NCBI GenBank assembly: GCA_046597065.1
Contig: JBKJLI010000003.1
Span: 2,807-66,806 of the forward strand
Length of the DNA stretch: 64,000 nucleotides
Source: Candidatus Saccharimonadia bacterium
Lineage (GTDB): Bacteria > Patescibacteriota > Saccharimonadia > UBA4664 > SCTI01
Direction: 5' to 3'
Under the pieces are notes generated by a model. It saw only the letters and a program-made list of their open reading frames with translations. It did no database searches and was not told the origin of the DNA. Every line of letters starts with the position of its first letter. Within the stretch, counting starts at the first letter, position 1. Of this stretch, positions 29,899-38,056 are shown one piece after another. The translations under genes and the position numbers were made by a program.

Positions 29899-30519
29899 TT
29901 AGTATTTGCGAATCACTCCAATGCAAACTCCCTGTATCTTAATGGGCGTATCAGGCTTAACGATAATCGGAGCATAGGCATCGTTAGCCGGCTGCAGTCG
30001 GATGTGATTCTTTTCTTTAAAGTAGCGCTTTAGGGTAGCCTCTTCGCCATTAATCAGTGCTACCACCATTTCGCCGTTCGAAGGCACCGTCTTTTCTTGA
30101 ATCACCACATAGTCGCCCTCAAAAATACCGTCATTAATCATGGAATCGCCCTTAACTTGCAGCACGTAGGAGTGGCGAGTACCGACCATAAATGGTGGCA
30201 CTTCTAGAGTTTCGGTATGACCCGACATGGTTTGAATTGGTTGGCCGGCCGCAATAAGACCCAGAATTGGTAGGCCCACCGAACGGTCTTCATCAAAATC
30301 GTCTGGGGTGACTATTTGTAGCGAACGAGCCGAATTATCGCTTTTCTTTAATAAGCCCTTAGAAACCAGCGTTTCAACATGATCGGCCACGGTTGCTACC
30401 GATCCTAAGCTAAAAGCTTCGGCAATTTCTCGGTAACTGGGCGCGTAGCCATTAAGCTCGATCGATTGACTAATGTAATCGAGAACCTCTTTTTGTCTTT
30501 TGGTTAATGGCTCGGCCAT
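29899..30519 (-). CDS. lexA: LexA repressor (SOS regulator, S24 peptidase)
   Basis: N-terminal winged HTH (LTKRQKEVLDYI...), cleavage-site region and C-terminal S24 domain (GDSMINDGIFEGDYVVIQ...; VALINGEEATLKRYF with Ser/Lys dyad). Confidence 0.9.
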   Translation of the reverse strand: MAEPLTKRQKEVLDYISQSIELNGYAPSYREIAEAFSLGSVATVADHVETLVSKGLLKKSDNSARSLQIVTPDDFDEDRSVGLPILGLIAAGQPIQTMSGHTETLEVPPFMVGTRHSYVLQVKGDSMINDGIFEGDYVVIQEKTVPSNGEMVVALINGEEATLKRYFKEKNHIRLQPANDAYAPIIVKPDTPIKIQGVCIGVIRKY

Positions 30520-30520
30520 G

Positions 30521-30580
30521 CTCGCCTCCTATGGCTTATGTTCGTTTTTAGTATGGCGAACATTAACCGAACTGTCAAGC
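30521..30580 (-). promoter_or_regulatory. lexA promoter and candidate LexA operator: -35 TTGACA (30574..30579), 18-nt spacer, -10 CATACT (30550..30555), RBS AGGAGG. Inverted repeat ATGTTCG-N12-CGAACAT (30538..30563) straddles the -10, with an additional GTTC-N7-GTTC direct repeat.
   Basis: Minus-strand sequence is GCTTGACAGTTCGGTTAATGTTCGCCATACTAAAAACGAACATAAGCCATAGGAGGCGAGC then ATG. Arms ATGTTCG/CGAACAT are exact reverse complements. Confidence 0.45.
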
Positions 30581-30592
30581 ACCTTAACCGTT

Positions 30593-32341
30593 TTAATTAA
30601 ACTGGGGCGTGGTCACAATCGTAAAGTCAGTACTGGCCTTATAAAAAGTACTGGTTGTATCGGTGCGGATAACCTTACCGCTTAAATCCACCACGTCACG
30701 ATAAAACACCGTTTGCGAAGGCTTGGTGGCATCGGCGTCGCCAGTTACAAAATAAGGCCCCCGTATCACTCCGGTTTTGGTTTTGGTGCCAAATAAACTA
30801 AAAGTTAATGTGGTGCCAGCCATGCGTGTTTGAATCAAAATGTAGCCGGGTGTGTCATTTTTAAACTTTAGATCCACCTGGGGGTAATAAACAGTGGCAT
30901 CAACACCCGGTACGCCATAAGGCGCGGTGTAAAACTCGTTGATGGCAAAGGCATGGTTGGTGCGCTGCACAATTGGCAGTCCGGCGGTTAGGGCCGCCCG
31001 GTACAGCGTGCTCGACACCTGGCACAAACCGCCGCCGTACTGCTTTTCTTCTTTAGTACCAATAATCACTAGTGAGGGTAGGTAGCCCTGGGCCGGTCCA
31101 ACATCGCCCAGTGCCGCCCCAAAACTAAACACCTCACCCGGTTTAATTAAAATGCCATCATAAATTGCCTGCCCCACTCGCACGTTGGTTAATCGCGCCG
31201 CCGAGCTTCCCGGAAAAGTGCTGTACCCCAGCCCGATCTGCTCTTTAAGCCCCAGCGTGTCCAGGTTGCCTTCATTAACCGCCGCCTTGGTGTTAGCTGT
31301 AACCAGGGCGATCGTGCGGTTGCCGTCTGGTTTTCCCAATGTCGCAATAATGCTATCGGTCGCCTTGGCCTCGTCAACTTTCAACCCGTCTTTGCTGGGT
31401 GATTCAACCACCAACTTGCCGCCGGACATCGAAAGCCCGGCGTTTTGAGGCTCGCGATTAACTTTTGCGGCCAGTTGCTGCACAAACACCTCTACCTTTG
31501 GCCGGCTGATAACCAGCTTTACATTGCCCTCATTGGGGTCCTCGTAAAACGATTTCAGGCCGGTTAGCATGTCGGTGCGATAACCGGCAGCGCTAACGTC
31601 TATCCAGCTTATTATCGAGGCTTGATCGATGGTTTGGCTAACCGCCTGCGCCGTGGCCGTTAGCGGCGCCGATACAAAGGTGGCGGCTTGATCTTTGGCC
31701 AGCGCCAAAGTGTCCTCATTAATACTGGGAGTAATTAAATAAACCGGCGCCTTAATTTCGGAATCATCCATTTGGCCAAGGCGCGAATTAATTAACTGCA
31801 CCAACTGCCCGCGGTTAACTCGCTTGCCGGGTTGCGACGGCTTTACCGATACCTGCCCGCCCTCAAAGCTCAACCTGGCATTGGCCACCGGGCTGGTAAC
31901 GTCAGTATCCACTTGGTCCAAAAATGGCGTTAAACTAGTGTCGTTATAGTTAAACCGCTCAATGGAAGAGTTGCGCGCCAAAATTGAGCGAGAATAAATC
32001 TTCAAACGGTTAATTAAACTACCGCTGCGACCGTAATCTAGCGCGGCCTGCGCCGCCGCCTCATCATACTTAATACCCAGGCCCGAAACTGGAATCCGCA
32101 AAGTGGTTTGGTTGTACTGAACCGCAACTTGCTGGCCTTGATAGTCTGCCGCCGCAGTTTTTATGGCCTCTACCGTTGCCGATTTGCTTAAGCCGCCCGC
32201 ATAAACCCCGTTTACGCTGACTCCAGGAAGCACCTTGCCGGCATAAACGCCTGCAAAACCAATTAACCCCAAAACCACAATCACCACGAGGGCAACCCCA
32301 ACGCCTAATAGATAATGAGTTTTAGATGAAAACGGTTGCAT
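30593..32341 (-). CDS. VanW-family protein (membrane-anchored, YoaR-like)
   Basis: N-terminal TM. C-terminal VanW-domain block QYGGGLCQVSSTLYRAALTAGLPIVQRTNHAFAINEFYTAPYGVPGVDATVYYPQVDLKFKND. Confidence 0.7.
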   Translation of the reverse strand: MQPFSSKTHYLLGVGVALVVIVVLGLIGFAGVYAGKVLPGVSVNGVYAGGLSKSATVEAIKTAAADYQGQQVAVQYNQTTLRIPVSGLGIKYDEAAAQAALDYGRSGSLINRLKIYSRSILARNSSIERFNYNDTSLTPFLDQVDTDVTSPVANARLSFEGGQVSVKPSQPGKRVNRGQLVQLINSRLGQMDDSEIKAPVYLITPSINEDTLALAKDQAATFVSAPLTATAQAVSQTIDQASIISWIDVSAAGYRTDMLTGLKSFYEDPNEGNVKLVISRPKVEVFVQQLAAKVNREPQNAGLSMSGGKLVVESPSKDGLKVDEAKATDSIIATLGKPDGNRTIALVTANTKAAVNEGNLDTLGLKEQIGLGYSTFPGSSAARLTNVRVGQAIYDGILIKPGEVFSFGAALGDVGPAQGYLPSLVIIGTKEEKQYGGGLCQVSSTLYRAALTAGLPIVQRTNHAFAINEFYTAPYGVPGVDATVYYPQVDLKFKNDTPGYILIQTRMAGTTLTFSLFGTKTKTGVIRGPYFVTGDADATKPSQTVFYRDVVDLSGKVIRTDTTSTFYKASTDFTIVTTPQFN

Positions 32342-32388
32342 AATGGCTATAAGTATAGACTAATTTATGCCTCTAGCGAGCGGTTACT

Positions 32389-33330
32389 CTACTTGAGTCG
32401 GCTCTCTATATTTCTCAGAACAGCGTGCTGCTCCTCGGTTTCAGCGTGTTGCCGCAATATCATCAAATTAGAATTGAGCCTAGCCTCAAGTATAGACAAG
32501 TCGTTCTCGTCACCCGTCGTGCGAACGTCTTCATAACCTGACTCCCTGGCTCGAAGAACCGCCTCTGCTTCCCGCTGAGCTGTATCAAACTGGGTTGGCG
32601 CCCTTCGAATCTGTTCGGGCTGCACTACAACATCGGGTAAAACACCACTCTCGGCGTCATATTTCCTACCAGCTTTCCATGCCGCCTCATCTCCTCTTAA
32701 AGTATCTAGCCGGCTTTCATATCTTTCCATCTGGGCGGCGTTTCTTAAAATACTAGCCTCATCCTCATCGCCAATCGCCTCGGCTACTCTAGCCTCTTCA
32801 TTAAGAGATTTTTCGGTTGCATGCAAGAGGGAGGCCCGAGAAAGCGCACTAGCCGCCGCTTCGGCCATCGCCCTAGCTTTTTCGGGGTCATCAACTCTAT
32901 GCTTTGACCCCGCTTCTGCTTGTCTTGGCTCTCCTGCGAGCTCTTGCTCCTCATCATAGATGGCAGCTGCAGCGTCCGCAGCCCTTGGCGCCTGCTCTCT
33001 TTTGGCAGCTGCTCGGTTCCGCTGTTTCTGAAGCTCCGACCCAAGCTTGGCTATTTCTTGCTTACGCTGACGACCGGCTTTTGTTAGCCCCAATCTGTCA
33101 AGAAGTGTGCTTTCTTCTCGAGCTTTTTCGAGTGACGCTTCGAACTTACCCGCCAACCTTTCGCTTGCCTGAGCGTCAGTGATATAACGATCCATATGAT
33201 TAGCCGTCATTTGATCGCGACCTTCGTCCGTTTCACCGGTTTGTGCACCAACCTCGTGCCCTAAGTTTGCGGCTTCATTTTCTCCGGCTCGAAACTCTGA
33301 CTCTCCGCTAGATTCACCCTTTTCGGGCAT
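32389..33330 (-). CDS. Highly charged Ala/Glu/Arg-rich predicted coiled-coil protein (hypothetical)
   Basis: 313 aa of low-complexity charged helix-forming sequence. No catalytic motif. Preceded by a degenerate copy of the cassette leader module. Confidence 0.45.
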   Translation of the reverse strand: MPEKGESSGESEFRAGENEAANLGHEVGAQTGETDEGRDQMTANHMDRYITDAQASERLAGKFEASLEKAREESTLLDRLGLTKAGRQRKQEIAKLGSELQKQRNRAAAKREQAPRAADAAAAIYDEEQELAGEPRQAEAGSKHRVDDPEKARAMAEAAASALSRASLLHATEKSLNEEARVAEAIGDEDEASILRNAAQMERYESRLDTLRGDEAAWKAGRKYDAESGVLPDVVVQPEQIRRAPTQFDTAQREAEAVLRARESGYEDVRTTGDENDLSILEARLNSNLMILRQHAETEEQHAVLRNIESRLK

Positions 33331-33344
33331 GACATTTCCTCTTT

Positions 33345-33385
33345 TGGCTTGCTTATGGTGTGATCATAACATAGAAGCATAAGTG
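33345..33385 (-). repeat. Degenerate, hairpin-less copy of the cassette leader module (CACTTATGCTTCTA-TGTTATGATCAC)
   Basis: Forward strand tgatcataaca-tagaagcataagtg is co-linear with the R1-R5 forward sequence atcataacaaaaacgac[hairpin]gtttaagcataagtgcaatgg. A separate 7-bp-stem hairpin (CCCCGAG..CTTGGGG, 33391..33410) lies just upstream. Confidence 0.4.
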
Positions 33386-33538
33386 AAACTCCCCGAGCTG
33401 ACGCTTGGGGCAGCGCGTGGGAATGAGTGCAGCCCTTGCCACCCAACAGCTGTGCATATGCCATTTTGACTGAAAAATATTTCAATATGCTCGACCAAGA
33501 ACTACAGACTACCGAGAATTGCTCCGCATAGAGCTTGG

Positions 33539-34051
33539 CTAGCTAAGATCAAGTTTTCTTAGGTCATCGAAGCGATTCAATTGCACCGGAATCATATTGT
33601 CCGGCAGTTCATCTGACTTAAACCATCCGTACTCTGCCGTTTCATCATCTAATACGTCATTATGTTCAACTGGTCGTGCCAGAAAGCTTACAACCCAGCG
33701 ATGCTCACTATGCTTATCACCCGGAAAGCTATCTAAGTAAACGCCCAGTACCCGGCCCAACTCCACCGTCCAGCCGGTTTCCTCTTTGGTTTCCCTAATC
33801 GCGGTTGCGGCGGGCTTTTCGCCGTAGTCAGAGAATCCACCCGGTAGTGCCCAAGTTCCCTTCATCGGATCAATTGCCCTTTTTACTAACAACACCTCCC
33901 CTTTTTCATTTAATGTCAGGGTTTCGGCGCTGGCCGCATTCCTAACTAGCGGCCAAAGTATGCCATGAGTTTTACAGGTGGGCAATTGGTTATTGTAATC
34001 AAATTGGTCACCACATATATAGCACCTTTGAGGTATAGTTTTTTTGCTCAT
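33539..34051 (-). CDS. NUDIX hydrolase with N-terminal Cys4 zinc-ribbon, possibly a GDP-sugar hydrolase
   Basis: Nudix box GGFSDYGEKPAATAIRETKEETGW (G.5E.7REUxEExGU). N-terminal CxxC...CxxH ribbon. Start overlaps the manC stop, which is consistent with the gmm/wcaH role in GDP-fucose loci. Confidence 0.7.
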   Translation of the reverse strand: MSKKTIPQRCYICGDQFDYNNQLPTCKTHGILWPLVRNAASAETLTLNEKGEVLLVKRAIDPMKGTWALPGGFSDYGEKPAATAIRETKEETGWTVELGRVLGVYLDSFPGDKHSEHRWVVSFLARPVEHNDVLDDETAEYGWFKSDELPDNMIPVQLNRFDDLRKLDLS

Positions 34052-35175
34052 AATGAGAGTCCGTTTTTTTGCACTCGCCCAGACAGCTTCTTAGCCGCCT
34101 CGCCCACTAGCTGAGACTGCTCCTTGGCGCAAACCAACAATCCATCTGGTGTATCAACTACAATTACGCCCGATAGACCAATCACTACTACCGGCTTACC
34201 CTGGCTCATCACCATCACGTCATCGCTATCAATTAACTGCACGTCACCCTTAATGGTGTTGTTTTTGGAGTCACTCATCACATTATGCAAATCAAAAAAT
34301 GATCCAATATCAGCCCAGTCAAAACTACCGCTGACAACCATTAAATCCGGCACTTTTTCCATTAAGGCTGTATCAATTTGCTGACTGGGCAATGCTAAAT
34401 ATGACTGCTCCAGCTTTTTACCTTTAATAATGGCATCTTCGAGCGACTCATATCCCAGCATTAAGTCTTTTGCATGCTCCTTCATTTTAGCGAGAAACAC
34501 CGATCGAGGGGCGGCGAACAAACCCAAATTCCACAGGTAATTTCCGTCTTTCAAGTAGCCCTCGGCAACCGTTTGTGAGGGCTTTTCAACAAACTTCACT
34601 ACGTTGGAAACCGACATGCCTCCGCTTTGCTCCAACTCATCGGCCAGCTCCATATACCCAAACCCAGTGGCCGGATAAGTTGGTTTAATGCCAATTAGCG
34701 TTATGCGTTTGTGCTTAGTCGAGGTATTTCCAGCTACTTTTACCGTTTTAGCAAAGGCCGTTTCATCAGAAATGTGATGATCGGCGTGTAAAAACACCAC
34801 CGGTTCATCGTCGGGTTCAATAGTTTGCATATGTGCCATAGCGAGCAAAATGCAAGATGCCGTTCCGCGACGACCAGGTTCAACAATAATGTGTTTGGCA
34901 TCTAGATATGGAAGCTGTTCTGCTACTTCATTAGAATGCGACCGCTCGGTTATCACGTATATCTTACTTGTAACCAAACAAGCTCGCTTGTAGGTGTTCT
35001 GAAGCAGCGAACTTTGGCCGGTTAGTTTAAGTAAGTGTTTGGGATGGTTGCCTTGTGAAAGCGGCCACAGTCGCGTACCTGATCCTCCAGCGATAATTAC
35101 GATAATCATTTCTTGATTATACACGCCTATTTTTGTATAATCGTAAGCAGTTAGGGGCAAACAAATTGGCCGCAA
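34048..35175 (-). CDS. manC: Mannose-1-phosphate guanylyltransferase (GDP-mannose pyrophosphorylase)
   Basis: The track ORF start is 35175. The probable biological start is the internal ATG at ~35109 (MIIVIIAGGSGTRLWPLS...). Nucleotidyltransferase motif IIAGGSGTRLWPLS...PKHLL. A TATAAT box lies 8 nt upstream of that ATG. Confidence 0.8.
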   Translation of the reverse strand: MRPICLPLTAYDYTKIGVYNQEMIIVIIAGGSGTRLWPLSQGNHPKHLLKLTGQSSLLQNTYKRACLVTSKIYVITERSHSNEVAEQLPYLDAKHIIVEPGRRGTASCILLAMAHMQTIEPDDEPVVFLHADHHISDETAFAKTVKVAGNTSTKHKRITLIGIKPTYPATGFGYMELADELEQSGGMSVSNVVKFVEKPSQTVAEGYLKDGNYLWNLGLFAAPRSVFLAKMKEHAKDLMLGYESLEDAIIKGKKLEQSYLALPSQQIDTALMEKVPDLMVVSGSFDWADIGSFFDLHNVMSDSKNNTIKGDVQLIDSDDVMVMSQGKPVVVIGLSGVIVVDTPDGLLVCAKEQSQLVGEAAKKLSGRVQKNGLSL

Positions 35176-35717
35176 AAATATACAAAAACAAAACAGTTTT
35201 AATCACCCTCGTCGTCATCGCAGTCATAGCGATGGGGGCGGCCGTTTACGTTTATATTAAAATGCACCAAGAATCCGATTCTACTCCGGTAAATAAAAAC
35301 CTTGGTCAAGAAACCACTCAAACCAAGCAAAATGCCGGGCCGGCAACCGACAAAACCATTAACAATGGCTCGTCTACTGCGCCCGTGCCAAACCCTAGCC
35401 ATCCGGTAAGCAGCTTAGCCAAGCCAATAGGCCCCAACAATAATACCGGTACAGTAAGCCTATCCGGTGCCACCGGCATGGAGTCGGTTTGTCGTTCGGT
35501 ATCTGGGGCCAGCTGCTATATTCAAGCCAGTAAAGATGGAAAAACGATTAAGGTCTCAGTGGCCAAAACGGTTGGCAGCGATACAGCTAGTGACGGAGTC
35601 ATACTAGATTGGGATGCCAACCAGTTAACTGTCGGAACATGGATCATCCAGGCTGTAGCTAGTAAGGATGGCCAAACCGCCAGCTCTGATCCTCAAACAC
35701 TTAGGGTTAATTCATGA
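35133..35717 (+). CDS. Membrane-anchored S/T/N/P-rich protein with C-terminal Ig-like domain (hypothetical)
   Basis: The start is uncertain: TTG at ~35166 behind an AGGGG RBS, or an upstream codon. It has an N-terminal TM (VLITLVVIAVIAMGAAVYVY), then a low-complexity linker and an ~80-aa beta-rich C-terminal domain with a Cys pair. The stop overlaps the next gene's start. Confidence 0.45.
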   Translation: MYNRKQLGANKLAAKIYKNKTVLITLVVIAVIAMGAAVYVYIKMHQESDSTPVNKNLGQETTQTKQNAGPATDKTINNGSSTAPVPNPSHPVSSLAKPIGPNNNTGTVSLSGATGMESVCRSVSGASCYIQASKDGKTIKVSVAKTVGSDTASDGVILDWDANQLTVGTWIIQAVASKDGQTASSDPQTLRVNS

Positions 35718-38008
35718 AGCATTTATTAAAACTCCCCCTCTTACTTCTTGCCATCGCTTTCACCAGCATCATAAGTGCTGGCTCTGCACATGCTTATAGT
35801 AACTCTCGACTAATGGACGATGTTATTTTTGATAACTCTAATAGTATGAGTGAGAGTCAGATCCAAACCTTCCTAGCTGGAAAGGGGCCATGCTTAGCTA
35901 ATTACAGCGATGTTGACCCAAATTGGAATGGCACCACCTGGAGCTATACGGGTAGCGTGTCGGCCGCACATATTATCTACAAAGCTAGCCAACAATGGGG
36001 CCTTAATCCTCAAGTGATTATTTCGACCCTGCAAAAAGAAGAGAGTCTGATTACCGGCACCAGCTGCGACGCCTGGCGCTACAACTCAGCCATGGGATAC
36101 GGCTGTCCCGATTCCGGCGGCTGCAACGCCAAATACGCCGGCTTTACCCGCCAGGTACTGTGGGGCGCTTGGCAGTTAAAGTTTAATAAAGAACGCGCCT
36201 ACGGTAATACCGCCTGGGACGGCGACGGCGATATTGTCTATGTTGGCCTAATGACCGCCGGCGATCGGCGCCGCTGCACGACCTGCTCGCTGGTTAGCTA
36301 CGATGGCAACGCAACCATAGACGGCCAAGTTATCCATATGGACAATGGCACCACCGCCTCGCTATACACCTACACTCCCCACCTCGGCCAGTCATTCCCG
36401 GGGATATTTGAAGGCTGGTTTGGGAGTGTGCTTGTGCCAACGTATTCATGGCAGCTTGTTGATCAAAGAGTTAAAATTTATGGCACCAATACCGATTTTG
36501 ACCCCACTCCAGGTATTACTGCTGGCGACAGGTTCGTTATTTACTTCAAAGCTCTTAATACTGGTACGGCCACTTGGAGTAATAGCGGTCCCAGCCCTAC
36601 CAGGGCTGGGACTTCACAGCCCTATGATAGAACCAGCGTATTCTGTGAAGTATCTTGGATAAGTTGCAGTCGACCGGTGCAAATGCAAGAAGCCACCGTT
36701 TCCCCCGGCCAAACCGGTACCTTTATGTTCGCGGCCCAGGCTCCAGCCACGCCGGGTACATATAACGAGCGCTTTAATCTTTTGGCGGAGGGAGTCTCCT
36801 GGATGAGCGACATTGGGTTGTATTATCATCTCAAGGTCAACCCGGCTGATTTTAAATACTCACTTGTCAGCGATACGCTTCCTACGCAATTAGCTTCTGG
36901 GTCTAGTGGATCTGGAGCCGTTACTTTGCGCAATGACAGTAACTTCACTTGGTACAATGCACCTAAATTCCCAATCCGAATAGGGGCAACTTCGCCAAAT
37001 GATCGGGTTTCGGCTTTCCGAGACTCGTCATGGATAGGCTCGACGCGCCTGGCAAATCAAGCTGAGTTCTCGGTAGCGCCTGGCCAACAAGCGACATTCA
37101 CCGCCACCCTACATGCTCCTCAGGCTGCCGGTACCTACAATGAATCTCTTGGCCTGGTTGCCGATGGCATTGCCTGGGCCGGCCAATCCTTCAATCACCC
37201 CGTCACAGTAAAGCAAAACTATGATGCCAGCCTAGACTCAACATCAACGTCGATAATCTCCATGGGTGGAGCCGAACGTAAGCTGGTCACCCTTAAATAC
37301 TTAAACACTGGGCTGCTGACTTGGTCCAATGCAGGCGCAAACCCTGTTCGCATTAGTACCAGCTCACCAAGTGATAGAAGTAGTGGATTTTGCTATCAAA
37401 GTTGGATCGCCTGCCATCGACCCACCCAATTACTCGAAAGCTCGGTTGCACCGGGCCAAACCGGTACTTTTCAGTTTTATGTTGAGGGTCGTCCATGGTT
37501 TAATTCAAATCCATACTTTGAGAGCTTTGGCCCCATAGCAGAGGGTTTGGTAAGATTTGGAGCTGTGGCCCAAGTTCGAGTAAACTACACTCACCAGTCA
37601 TACTCGTGGAGTTTGACCGATCAATACGCACATACAGTTGGGCCCGGCCCAACACCTGTAGACATGGCTACCATGAGCCCTGGCCAGACCATCATTATCG
37701 GTTTTAAGGCTAGAAATACGGGTAGTGCTACCTGGCTCAATGACGGTGGTTTCCCGCTCAGAGTTGCAACATCGCGACCGACTGACAGATCAAGCGCCTT
37801 CTGTTCAAATACGTGGATCGCCTGCCATCGTCCGGCACAAATGCTCGAGGCCTCTGTGGCACCAAATCAGATTGGTACTTTTGAGTTTGAGTTTAAGGCT
37901 CCGACCGGCAGTCCGGGGCTACATAGTGAATATTTTGTACCAATCATCGAAAGCTACTCTTACCTAAGCGATATAGGCCTATATTATCGGACGAATGTCT
38001 CTCCATAG
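35714..38008 (+). CDS. Large secreted protein: signal peptide, N-terminal lysozyme/lytic-transglycosylase-like domain, and four tandem ~120-aa beta-sandwich-like repeats
   Basis: Signal peptide MKHLLKLPLLLLAIAFTSIISAGSAHA. N-domain has ASQQWGLNPQVIISTLQKEES, resembling the SLT consensus (A...G..P..L.AIA.qES). The same block recurs in the CHAP protein at 62413..63606. Each of four repeats carries NTG.ATWSN...DR.S.F...WI.C.RP.Q..E..V.PGQ.GTF.F...P...GTYNE.F.L.AEG. Confidence 0.65.
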   Translation: MKHLLKLPLLLLAIAFTSIISAGSAHAYSNSRLMDDVIFDNSNSMSESQIQTFLAGKGPCLANYSDVDPNWNGTTWSYTGSVSAAHIIYKASQQWGLNPQVIISTLQKEESLITGTSCDAWRYNSAMGYGCPDSGGCNAKYAGFTRQVLWGAWQLKFNKERAYGNTAWDGDGDIVYVGLMTAGDRRRCTTCSLVSYDGNATIDGQVIHMDNGTTASLYTYTPHLGQSFPGIFEGWFGSVLVPTYSWQLVDQRVKIYGTNTDFDPTPGITAGDRFVIYFKALNTGTATWSNSGPSPTRAGTSQPYDRTSVFCEVSWISCSRPVQMQEATVSPGQTGTFMFAAQAPATPGTYNERFNLLAEGVSWMSDIGLYYHLKVNPADFKYSLVSDTLPTQLASGSSGSGAVTLRNDSNFTWYNAPKFPIRIGATSPNDRVSAFRDSSWIGSTRLANQAEFSVAPGQQATFTATLHAPQAAGTYNESLGLVADGIAWAGQSFNHPVTVKQNYDASLDSTSTSIISMGGAERKLVTLKYLNTGLLTWSNAGANPVRISTSSPSDRSSGFCYQSWIACHRPTQLLESSVAPGQTGTFQFYVEGRPWFNSNPYFESFGPIAEGLVRFGAVAQVRVNYTHQSYSWSLTDQYAHTVGPGPTPVDMATMSPGQTIIIGFKARNTGSATWLNDGGFPLRVATSRPTDRSSAFCSNTWIACHRPAQMLEASVAPNQIGTFEFEFKAPTGSPGLHSEYFVPIIESYSYLSDIGLYYRTNVSP
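36440..38005 (+). repeat. Four tandem in-frame ~360-390 nt coding repeats (protein-level domain repeats) within the 764-aa secreted protein
   Basis: Repeats begin near residues 243, 372, 498 and 618. Conserved anchor residues are listed in the CDS entry. Nucleotide identity is low and the repeats are diverged. Confidence 0.6.
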
Positions 38009-38056
38009 CACTTAGGACATTTTACTGCTGAGCTGGTTTTTGGTAGAATCCCTGAT

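Noticed and set aside
32342-32388. cataatggctataagtatag upstream of the VanW gene as a leader-module fragment
   Set aside because: Shares short words (AGCCATT, CTTATA) with the module but in a different order. Not co-linear.
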